64,000 nt of DNA from an uncultured bacterium. Lineage in GTDB: Bacteria > Bacillota > Clostridia > Oscillospirales > CAG-272. The translations under genes and the position numbers were made by a program. The notes beneath the pieces are model-generated. The model was not told the DNA's origin and made no database searches. It worked only from the letters and a program-made list of their open reading frames with translations. Positions 50,585 to 59,400 of this stretch are shown here, in pieces; position 1 is the first letter of the stretch; each line of letters begins with the position of its first letter. The stretch is from contig CASDOQ010000015.1 of the NCBI GenBank assembly GCA_949282345.1, positions 17,488 to 81,487 on the forward strand. Reading direction: 5' to 3'.

Positions 50585-51004
50585 TTTTATACCTTGACCG
50601 TTTCACGTCCTATACTCATTTTGAAATTGCAACAAATTATAAATCTCAGCTTTATTGGTAGAATGAGTCTGGTATAAATGCATTTCCGAGGGCGACCGCC
50701 TCGGCAGTCTTCTTCTCTCAATTACTCACAGTAATTCAAACACAATATATGACATAAAAACAGCAAAATTTTTATGTAAAAATGATTCAAAAAATCGATG
50801 TTCAAAATACATAAGTTCTTTCATGGCAAATACAAGGTAATATAAGGTTTTTGAGAGAATAAATAAGATTTTTACGGCAAAGCAGGCTTACAATATGCCG
50901 CAATTTTGTCCCCGCCAACGTTCTTTTGTGAGTGCGATTCACGCCCCGGGCAGTCCTCTGCGGCTCTTCTACGCTAACTTATCTATAACCGTGACAAAAC
51001 AACA

Positions 51005-51047
51005 TAAAAAAGTCTGAACAGAGATAAAGTTGCATTCTGTTCAGACT
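51005..51047 (-). terminator. Intrinsic terminator of the minus-strand defence cluster
   Basis: The minus strand reads AGTCTGAACAG-15 nt-CTGTTCAGACTTTTTT, just after the helicase stop. Confidence 0.75.
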
Positions 51048-51061
51048 TCAAATTTTTAAAA

Positions 51062-52759
51062 TTATTGAAGGTGAAGTTTCCTTCGGATAATTTCCAAGCT
51101 TCTCTGAGTTGTGTCCTCTTCTTTAAAACTTTCCACAATTTCTTCCATGATTTCAGAACTCCAATAAATCTTCAGTTTTTTCTTTGCCCTTGTAATTGCG
51201 GTATAGAAAATTCCATGAGTGATTTTTTCAGAGTTGCTTTTAGGAATAATAACTTTTACCGAATCATATTCCAAACCTTGTGCTTTGTGAATAGAAACAG
51301 CGTATGCAAGTTGAAAAGGAATTACAGAATACATCCGATCCTCATCATTTGCATATTCAACAGAATCATCATGGGCGTACACGATAAATCTAATGCGCGT
51401 TGATTCTTCCGCTGCAGAGATAAAATCAATTCCTTCCTTCTCACAAAGATCTTTTGTTAAGTTCGTTGCAACATCAATCGTAAAAGATATATCCTTGCTT
51501 CGTTTTTCGATGTTGATAATAGTACCTTTTAGATTGTTGTAAAGGATGGAAAATCGTTGTGAGTCATTGAACAAAATGTGATCTCCAATTTTATAAGTCC
51601 ATTCTTGCCATGTAACTGGTTCTCCACACGAATTGTCATTTTGAAAATAACTATTCATATTGTTCAACCCAAATTTACCATCATAATTCAAGCACAAAAC
51701 AACTTCGTCTTTATCCTTTTCTTCAAAAATTTTCTCACCAATTTCTTCAGAAAACGGACCATCCATAGCTAACTTTTCAACTATCAACTCGCCGCGATTT
51801 CTAACATCATCCCATAGACTAACAATATCCGGGTCTTTTGTTCGCCATGTATTTAATAATTCAACATTTGCTCCGTACGTATTGATTATGTCTTTTGCAT
51901 AGAAAAACCAGTTTCCAAAATCAATAGATTCGATCTGATGAATGTCTCCGGCAAGCACTAAAAACGTATTTGGATTTATTTTTTTAAGGAATTCACACAT
52001 CGTTCGATTGTCAATGGTGCTACACTCATCAACAAAAATAACATCATAATCGGTGAGGTTTACTTTCTTTGTAAAGCTGTCAATGCTTACGAATTCAGAG
52101 TCGGCACCAGGATTGTCAATGCGTCTTTGTAAATTCTGTTTTGCAGTATGTGTTTTTGTGAGAAAGAGTTTCTTTTGCTTTGCCATCAAGTTCGATATAT
52201 AATTAAGGAGCAGCGTTTTGCCCGTTCCGGCGGCGCCATAAATTAAAAGAATATGGGAGTTAACAAAAACATTTTGTAGAGCTACCCTCTTTAAATCATC
52301 CTCAAAAACAATACCACAGTTTCTTAGATATGTTTGATTAAACTCTTTTTGTCCGGGGTTATCAAGTTTTGAAAGTTCTAATAACTTGGATAAAATGCTT
52401 AGAGTGGTTTGTTCATATGATTCAATAGACACCAATCCATTGTTGATATTGATTTCGTATCCTTGAGCACGTTCCCAATCATCAAGGCACTTATTATACG
52501 TAATAATTTGTTCTTCGCTTGCAATAGAATCAATATCAAAGAAAATTTCACCTGTTTTACCGATTTGACTTTGAATTTTTAAATACGGTTGAACAGTTTC
52601 AAGATTAGCTCCTCCTGTTACATCTAAAATATTTCTAAAATTGCTTTCACCGCTTGTGTTGCTGCCAAAAAGATTAGAGATAAAAGGATTTTTTCGAATG
52701 GGTAACACCTGGTTGACAACCTTAAATTTGGTGACAACATCTTTCTTGCTCCAGGCCAA
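51062..52759 (-). CDS. SF1B (RecD/Dda/Pif1-like) helicase with an unknown N-terminal region of about 170 aa
   Basis: LLIYGAAGTGKT (Walker A, DNA about 52215-52245), VIFVDECS (Walker B), LAGDIHQ, VSIHKAQGLEYD and YTAITRAKKKL. The only in-frame start is TTG 52759, which overlaps the upstream ORF by 136 nt. This may be a frameshifted fusion. Confidence 0.75.
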   Translation of the reverse strand: MAWSKKDVVTKFKVVNQVLPIRKNPFISNLFGSNTSGESNFRNILDVTGGANLETVQPYLKIQSQIGKTGEIFFDIDSIASEEQIITYNKCLDDWERAQGYEININNGLVSIESYEQTTLSILSKLLELSKLDNPGQKEFNQTYLRNCGIVFEDDLKRVALQNVFVNSHILLIYGAAGTGKTLLLNYISNLMAKQKKLFLTKTHTAKQNLQRRIDNPGADSEFVSIDSFTKKVNLTDYDVIFVDECSTIDNRTMCEFLKKINPNTFLVLAGDIHQIESIDFGNWFFYAKDIINTYGANVELLNTWRTKDPDIVSLWDDVRNRGELIVEKLAMDGPFSEEIGEKIFEEKDKDEVVLCLNYDGKFGLNNMNSYFQNDNSCGEPVTWQEWTYKIGDHILFNDSQRFSILYNNLKGTIINIEKRSKDISFTIDVATNLTKDLCEKEGIDFISAAEESTRIRFIVYAHDDSVEYANDEDRMYSVIPFQLAYAVSIHKAQGLEYDSVKVIIPKSNSEKITHGIFYTAITRAKKKLKIYWSSEIMEEIVESFKEEDTTQRSLEIIRRKLHLQ

Positions 52760-54369
52760 GGTTGCACTTTTTCGAGAGTTTCTTCTCGCAGATTGATAAG
52801 GAGATATCTAACCGTGTTGCGACCAAATTCAAGAGAATCTTTTGAATAAGATTCTCTCAATTTTATCAGTACTTCTTTGAAATACGACGTGTTTGCATTG
52901 CAATAAATTAAATCCACAATTTTAGAAAATGAAACTTCTTTTAAGTCAATTAGATCAAGCAAGTTGATACCAGACTCAGTTAGAAATTTCATAAGAGAAT
53001 TATACTCGATGTAGTTTGAAGATATTGTCGTACGAATGTACAATATTTTTGCCAATTTATTAAGTGCGGACGGCTCAATTGCTACACCCCAATTAGTTAT
53101 TATCTTGATTGTGGAAGCTACTCCCCACAAATCTAATTTTGCATTGATATATGCGATTTGTACCGAATAGTTAGTTGTAATGTTTTCTTTTGTATAAGCG
53201 GTGATTCGGTTATACTTTGTTGCATATACACCAGCCAATTGCAGTGTAACCTCGTAATATCTTTCTTTCCCAACAAAGAATGGTGTCTTTTTTACAACAT
53301 AAAATTTTGAACCACTTAACTTTTGCGGAAGAATCTCTACAGATTTTATTACATCTGCAATTTGCTCATAATATTTCGTATCCGTTTTATCTATATGCAA
53401 TGGGAATTTTTCTAAATTGTGTAGTACTGATGTTCCATACTCTTTATAAAGGAAATCTCTAATTTGCCACAAAAAATTATAATATTTGAGCATTAATCGC
53501 TCTGATTGTCCTTCATCCGCTTCTCGATCCTCAATATATTTAAGACCTTTTAGAAATGTAGCAAGATATTTCGTCTCCACCTTCAATAATGCTTGTTCCC
53601 AAGCTAACTGTAGGTTTGTTTGAGTATTTCCCAATCGCAACGAATTCAACAGCAAGGCAGAACGACACATATCGTATAGACGCGGTAAAATGTAATGAGA
53701 AACGTCGTCTCTGGTATATTCGGGATCATCTATAAGGTCTATGCCAGACGTTATATACTTATCACAAGCAGCAATAATCTTATCAATTTCACTTCTGCAA
53801 AGGTCTTTCTCGCTCAATTTGTTTACGAAAGAATGGCGTGCGGTGATTAATTCAAGTTTTTTGCAAAAAGAAACAATGCTATCTTCGGTATCAAAGATTT
53901 CTTCATCCGCAGAGAAACTAATCGTAGCACTTTTCCTGTTGAAATCCAGCGAGTTAATAAAGTCTACTGACATGTACTTCCAAAACACTCTTTTTTTGCC
54001 TCGTTCATCTGGATTGAGCACAACAAAGAGAATTCCAGGATCTAATGTTACGCTTGTTGCAATATATGCCGGGAAAGCCAAACTGCGCAATGAATATTTA
54101 ACGATGCCATCATTCTCTGTATAATCATGTGTTCCTTTAATTTGCACGTAAAAAGACTGCACAGGACGTCTGCACAAGTCGGGATTAGGGACAAGCTCAA
54201 AAAAACCGTCTGTGTTTGGCCATTTGTCATTTTTTGAAAAATCACAATTGATTCTTCCGTTAGAATTAAGAAAAGACTCCAGTGTTGTAACAGCTGCAAC
54301 ATCTTCTGCTGATTGCTCAGTATGAGTTTTTACATGTACATCTATGATTTCTTTTGATTGTGATAACAT
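52624..54369 (-). CDS. DUF4365/Mrr-like PD-(D/E)xK nuclease-fold N-domain protein with a large unknown helical region
   Basis: ATG 54369 follows AAGGAG. ...SKNDKWPNTDGFFELV...(21 aa)...FYVQIKGT fits a D...E...QxK core. The last ~45 aa (PGARKMLSPNLRLSTRCYPFEKILLSLIFLAATQ...) look like out-of-frame read-through. Confidence 0.6.
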   Translation of the reverse strand: MLSQSKEIIDVHVKTHTEQSAEDVAAVTTLESFLNSNGRINCDFSKNDKWPNTDGFFELVPNPDLCRRPVQSFYVQIKGTHDYTENDGIVKYSLRSLAFPAYIATSVTLDPGILFVVLNPDERGKKRVFWKYMSVDFINSLDFNRKSATISFSADEEIFDTEDSIVSFCKKLELITARHSFVNKLSEKDLCRSEIDKIIAACDKYITSGIDLIDDPEYTRDDVSHYILPRLYDMCRSALLLNSLRLGNTQTNLQLAWEQALLKVETKYLATFLKGLKYIEDREADEGQSERLMLKYYNFLWQIRDFLYKEYGTSVLHNLEKFPLHIDKTDTKYYEQIADVIKSVEILPQKLSGSKFYVVKKTPFFVGKERYYEVTLQLAGVYATKYNRITAYTKENITTNYSVQIAYINAKLDLWGVASTIKIITNWGVAIEPSALNKLAKILYIRTTISSNYIEYNSLMKFLTESGINLLDLIDLKEVSFSKIVDLIYCNANTSYFKEVLIKLRESYSKDSLEFGRNTVRYLLINLREETLEKVQPWPGARKMLSPNLRLSTRCYPFEKILLSLIFLAATQAVKAILEIF

Positions 54370-54481
54370 ACTTATATTTCTCCTTATCGAGCTATCAACT
54401 TAAATATTTTGGAAATAGAAAACACTTATGATAAACGTGTTAAAAACCTTTTGTGTAAGCCCTATCACAACTAACAAACAT

Positions 54482-55564
54482 TTATTTCTTTCTAAAAGTT
54501 TTGTTTTGATATAAAACTACAGCATCTTGATCGTTGTCTATTATATCTTTTACATCACAATAAATAAGTTTCTTTTTGTGTATGGCATAATCCATTAGTG
54601 GAACAATTTGTCCCGTTTTTTCATTAAGAATCGCGGGGGCTAAATAATATTCATTGAATTCATAATATATTTCTTTGAATAGATTATAATTTTTAAAATT
54701 ATCAGTGGGATTAGCTCTTATAATTCTTGAAACATTGAGAATCATTGTTTCGTCGATAACACATCCCTGTGATTCAGCACGTTTGATTGCTTCGTCAAGG
54801 TTAGTTCCAACAACAACATAATATCCTTTCTCTTCATTAGGAACATCTCCTTCGATTAATGATATACGTATGTCATCATTTACATCATTTTTTCCAACGC
54901 TCGCAATCCAATCTGAAAATATCTTTTTAGCATATCTCTCATTGCAAAAAGGGAGTAATAATGTAGGCAAATCTGTATACCCAACACAAAAACCTGCCCC
55001 ACGCCAAACCGCTTTATCCCATGTTTTTATGTCAATAAGAGATGTTACAAACAAAGTTTTTCTTTCCTTTTTAGGTAAAGGTCGTAGTTTCCCCAAAGGC
55101 GGTTTTTCACTTGTCTTGACGCCTCTTAAACGCCAATATAACTTATCAAAGCCTTTGTCGGAACTTACATTGTAATATGTAGCTCCTTGAATTGGAGTAG
55201 GAATATACTTTAAATCATCTTCTTCGAAAACAACGGGGATAAACCGATTATTATCAGAACCAGACATGTATAGTTTCTGATAAATAATATTGCTTTCCCA
55301 TTTTACACCTTTGCCTTCGTCTGTTTTACCCAAAACTTTCTGCTGGTAACCAGAAGAACCAATGATGATTACAAAGTCAGATTCTTCAATTTGTCTTTCC
55401 ATCCATCTTGGCCACCCTTCGGACGGAGACTCTTCGTATTGATCCAACGAAGTATCTATTCCTTCTTGTCTAAGATGATTGGAGAATTGTAAAACCTGGT
55501 CCGCAAACTCTACTGAGTCTTGCGAATAACTGATAAAAACTTTAGGATTATAGTTTTCTTCCAT
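54482..55564 (-). CDS. SEFIR/TIR-domain protein with an unknown C-terminal domain of about 190 aa
   Basis: MEENYNPKVFISYSQDSVEFADQVLQFSNHLRQEGIDTSLDQYEE...WPRWMERQIEESDFVIIIGSSGYQQK...GKGVKWESNIIY is the bacterial SEFIR/TIR_2 pattern. A GAAAGGAAAA RBS is present. The gene lies 18 nt downstream of the peptidase gene. Confidence 0.75.
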   Translation of the reverse strand: MEENYNPKVFISYSQDSVEFADQVLQFSNHLRQEGIDTSLDQYEESPSEGWPRWMERQIEESDFVIIIGSSGYQQKVLGKTDEGKGVKWESNIIYQKLYMSGSDNNRFIPVVFEEDDLKYIPTPIQGATYYNVSSDKGFDKLYWRLRGVKTSEKPPLGKLRPLPKKERKTLFVTSLIDIKTWDKAVWRGAGFCVGYTDLPTLLLPFCNERYAKKIFSDWIASVGKNDVNDDIRISLIEGDVPNEEKGYYVVVGTNLDEAIKRAESQGCVIDETMILNVSRIIRANPTDNFKNYNLFKEIYYEFNEYYLAPAILNEKTGQIVPLMDYAIHKKKLIYCDVKDIIDNDQDAVVLYQNKTFRKK

Positions 55565-55582
55565 GCTATAAATTTTCCTTTC

Positions 55583-56245
55583 TCAAAGAATTTCCATTAT
55601 TTTTCGATTGGCCTTCAACCAGTTTTGTTCCGATTCGAACTTTGGAAGGACAGTTCTTACTCTTACCCAAAACTGTTTGCTATGGTTTTTGTAATCAATG
55701 TGACTTAATTCGTGAACAACAACATAATCAATAACCGATATGGGACACATTACTAATCTCCAAGCAAAATTCAACGAATTGTTTTGACTGCAAGAGCCCC
55801 ATCTATGCATTGCATCTGTTATCTTTATAGAGGTTGCTTGTACCCCCATCAGTCTTGAATAGCGTTCAATTCGCTCTGAAATAATAAACAGTGCTTGTTT
55901 TTTCAAATACTCAATTAAAACATCTTTCGATTGTTCTGAATTTGGCAACTTGATTACTTTGCCATCGAAGGCGATATCTTGAGTTTCACAAAGCTCAACG
56001 ATATAATCTTCACCAACAAAAGGAACAACATCGCCCGTTGACATCGTTATTGAAGAATACTTCTCGTCAAAAATCGCTACACTATTTATTTTTTTAGAAA
56101 TCCACCCTTGCTTTTCAGCAACAAACGAGTTGATTTCCATAGTGCTTGCAATGTGCGGAGCTCTGACGATCAATTCTCCATTTGTATTAACAACCAAAGC
56201 AATTGTTTTTCTATTGCTACGAATTATTTGTTTTGGTTCTATCAT
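55583..56245 (-). CDS. DUF45/YgjP-like (M48/WLM-type) zinc metallopeptidase
   Basis: MIEPKQIIRSNRKTIALVVNTNGELIVRAP...YVVVHELSHIDYKNHSKQFW contains HExxH. Its ATG overlaps the hsdR stop (ATGA). Confidence 0.8.
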   Translation of the reverse strand: MIEPKQIIRSNRKTIALVVNTNGELIVRAPHIASTMEINSFVAEKQGWISKKINSVAIFDEKYSSITMSTGDVVPFVGEDYIVELCETQDIAFDGKVIKLPNSEQSKDVLIEYLKKQALFIISERIERYSRLMGVQATSIKITDAMHRWGSCSQNNSLNFAWRLVMCPISVIDYVVVHELSHIDYKNHSKQFWVRVRTVLPKFESEQNWLKANRKIMEIL

Positions 56246-59200
56246 AATTCGTTCCTTCCATAGTGGCAATATGCCAATTCCATGATCTTTTGAGCTATGT
56301 TCTTACGATTGCTGAAAACTGACGGAATTGAACTGAACAAAGGATTTCTCAGCAGAACATTGATAATGTATGTACGCAATTGCTTTTGAAGAGAAATATT
56401 GCCCCAGAAATTGATAGCACTTGTATTCTTCTTAATGGTGCACAAAATATCGGTAACAATATCCTTGAGTTGATTGAAGTCCTGTTCGGACAAATCCTCG
56501 TATGACTTATCTCCGAAGATCTCTTTTTTTACTAATGCAAAGAAAGGCATCTCAGTTTTAGGATCAAAGCCATATGTGTTTTCACGCTCACGTCCAAGTA
56601 TAATATCTTCCTGACGCATTTTTTCAAGAGCTGCGTAAAGATCGTTCCAATTGTCTTTTAGAAGTTGCAATATCTTATCCAATTTATCGCTCATTCTATC
56701 AAAGAATTCGGGGTCTTTGGGCTGATTAATATTTATATACTCTCTAATCGCGTAAGTTAATTCATCACACTTTTGGCGAACGGACTTTGTTCCCTTGTCT
56801 TTTACTCCAAATTCGGGTGACAAAATAGAAACAGGCGGTATCTTGGGGTCAACTCCGTTAACCTTCAAGTATTCTTCAACAATTGCCCTTACTTTGTCAC
56901 TTGCATCATGCATGGAAAATCGAGGATCTCGGCAACTGTTGGCTACCGATTGGCGTATAAACGATAGCATTTTGTAGTCGTTTTTGTAATCCAATGCTGC
57001 AGGATCGGGCAAAACTCGGTCAAACAACTTTGAAATTTGCCTGAACAGTGCATTGAATTTTTCGCGCAATTCGGGATCGGCAACAAGCTCCTGAATAATC
57101 AGCGGAGCTTCATCAATTGATTTTGCTCCAATATCATCTCGTATAAATTGCTTCATAGTCAAGAAAGAAGTGTGAAGCTTATCAATATCTTCTTCTTTCT
57201 TCTGCAAGACATCCAACATTTCTTCAATGTCGGGATCTGCATATTTTGACAAAGCGGATTTAAGATGATTGGTAACACCAATATAGTCAACTACATAACC
57301 GCATTTTTTATTATTTCCGCAGGTTCGGTTAACTCTTGCTATGGCTTGAAGCAGATTGTGATCTCTTATCACTTGATCGAGATACATAACCTGCTCAACG
57401 GGCGCATCAAATCCGGTTAACAGCATACTTTTAACGATAATAATACCGTAATTACTGTCGTTACCGTGTTCATCTTCTTCACCGAACTGCATCTTAAATC
57501 CAGCAATGATATTATCGTTTCTCGATTCATCTGCAAACTCTTTCAAATGAGGCTTATCGTTATTTGAAGAAGATATGATACAAGCCGCTTTTAGCTTCTC
57601 CAACAATTCAATATTCACATTGTTGGGATTGCTTTCTTTCAACTCTGCAATTTTGATTGGCAAAAGTTCATTGATAGCACAATAGTAGCGATATGCTGCC
57701 TCTCTTGAGTAAGCAACAATTTGTGCCTTGAATCCGTTGACAAAAACTGTGTTAATGTAGTGATTCAACATATCGTTTGCTTTATTACGGATAACAGCCT
57801 TGTCCTCAAGATATGCTTTCAATACTGTTTTATTCAAAAGCATTTCTTGTTCTTCCGAGGTAATCATGCCGAATATATCGGCGAATTTTTCATTCATTGC
57901 TTCGGGATCTGTGATCTCACTCTCGGTAGCTCTACCCTCATATTTGATTTCAACAACGACTTCATCTTCCACCGCTTGGCGCATGGAATAAGTGTCTATG
58001 TATCCACCAAAAGTTTCTGCCGTTTTATCAATAGGTGTTCCGGTAAAAGCAACCTTGACGGAATTCGGCATGGATTTCCACATGTTAGCCGCAAGATCAC
58101 TATATTGGCTTCTATGAGCTTCGTCAATCATCAACAAAATATTGGATGATTCATTGAGAACAGGGAAGCTTGTTTCTTCGCCACGCTCTCCAAACTTATG
58201 CACCATTGCAATGGTGATGTCAGAAGCCGTATTTTGTATCAGTTTGCGAAGACCTTCACTACTTTTTGCAACATGGCAAGTGTACTTTACGCTACTACTT
58301 GTCTTATATAATTGCTTTTGCAAGTCTGTGCGGTCAAGCAGCAAAACGATTTTGTAATTCGCAAGATCCGCAGAATTGTACATTTTTCGGATAACGAACA
58401 TCATGGTAAGCGATTTGCCGCTACCTTGTGTATGCCAAACCGTACCGCCTTTATTAAAGGCGTTTTCGCCGTTGCGTAACCGTTCAATGATCTTTCTTGC
58501 ACCACGATATTGTTGGTATCTTGCTACGATTTTTAGAGTACGACCTTCATCATCTTCTTTATAAACGGTATAGTTCTGCAAAATATCCATGAAATTGGAA
58601 GGAGAAAGCATTCCTTGAATCAGTATTTCCTGACTTGAGGGAGCTCTGCCTTCAACGATTTCAGATAGACGGTAGGGATAAGGATCTTTCCATTCGATAT
58701 AGTGAGCGTGTTTTCCTGTAATAGTGGAATAGCGCGCTTCATTGAACGAAGTCGATACCATAAACTGATTATAAAAGAAGAGTTCGGGAACGCCTTCAGC
58801 TTCAGCAGCACCGCGACGATCCTGATATCTCATCAATTGCTCGATACCTTCATGAATCGGATCGGTAATTCCGGGGGACTTACATTCGATTACAACCAGA
58901 GGCAAACCATTAACGAACAGTACGATATCGGGAATAATATGTGCACCGATTCCGGGGATTTGAATTTTATACTGCGAAATAGCAAGATAGCTATTAAGCG
59001 TATTATTGGGATCAAAATGATCCACATCAGAGAAATCAATAACACGCACAGGACAATTTACTTCTCCCGTTTCTTCATTGAACGCTGAAAAGCCCAGTGT
59101 TATTCTGTCAAAAACTTCAACATTGGCGTCCAATAGGTTTCTTGAAGAATACTGTTGCATTTCCATCACAAGATCATCTGCTTGTGCATCGGTGAGCCAA

Positions 59201-59400
59201 GGGTTTAATCGAAGGAGTGCGGAACGAAATTCACTGACGATAATAACTTCTGACAACGAAGTTCTATATGAGCTTTCGGGATCATGCTTTTGACTATCAG
59301 TCAGTGCAAGTGTTTTCCAACCTAATGCCGACAACTGATCCATGAAAGGCTTTTCGACAAAGCTATATTCACTTGCTCTGACTCTATCTCTTTCACTCAT
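56242..59400 (-). CDS. hsdR: Type I restriction endonuclease subunit R
   Basis: ATG 59400 follows AAAGGAG. The N-terminal nuclease region reads ...PDIVLFVNGLPLVVIECK. Helicase motifs are HTQGSGKSLTM, LLMIDEAHRSQ, FTGTP and ...QAIARVNR. Confidence 0.93.
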   Translation of the reverse strand: MSERDRVRASEYSFVEKPFMDQLSALGWKTLALTDSQKHDPESSYRTSLSEVIIVSEFRSALLRLNPWLTDAQADDLVMEMQQYSSRNLLDANVEVFDRITLGFSAFNEETGEVNCPVRVIDFSDVDHFDPNNTLNSYLAISQYKIQIPGIGAHIIPDIVLFVNGLPLVVIECKSPGITDPIHEGIEQLMRYQDRRGAAEAEGVPELFFYNQFMVSTSFNEARYSTITGKHAHYIEWKDPYPYRLSEIVEGRAPSSQEILIQGMLSPSNFMDILQNYTVYKEDDEGRTLKIVARYQQYRGARKIIERLRNGENAFNKGGTVWHTQGSGKSLTMMFVIRKMYNSADLANYKIVLLLDRTDLQKQLYKTSSSVKYTCHVAKSSEGLRKLIQNTASDITIAMVHKFGERGEETSFPVLNESSNILLMIDEAHRSQYSDLAANMWKSMPNSVKVAFTGTPIDKTAETFGGYIDTYSMRQAVEDEVVVEIKYEGRATESEITDPEAMNEKFADIFGMITSEEQEMLLNKTVLKAYLEDKAVIRNKANDMLNHYINTVFVNGFKAQIVAYSREAAYRYYCAINELLPIKIAELKESNPNNVNIELLEKLKAACIISSSNNDKPHLKEFADESRNDNIIAGFKMQFGEEDEHGNDSNYGIIIVKSMLLTGFDAPVEQVMYLDQVIRDHNLLQAIARVNRTCGNNKKCGYVVDYIGVTNHLKSALSKYADPDIEEMLDVLQKKEEDIDKLHTSFLTMKQFIRDDIGAKSIDEAPLIIQELVADPELREKFNALFRQISKLFDRVLPDPAALDYKNDYKMLSFIRQSVANSCRDPRFSMHDASDKVRAIVEEYLKVNGVDPKIPPVSILSPEFGVKDKGTKSVRQKCDELTYAIREYININQPKDPEFFDRMSDKLDKILQLLKDNWNDLYAALEKMRQEDIILGRERENTYGFDPKTEMPFFALVKKEIFGDKSYEDLSEQDFNQLKDIVTDILCTIKKNTSAINFWGNISLQKQLRTYIINVLLRNPLFSSIPSVFSNRKNIAQKIMELAYCHYGRNEL

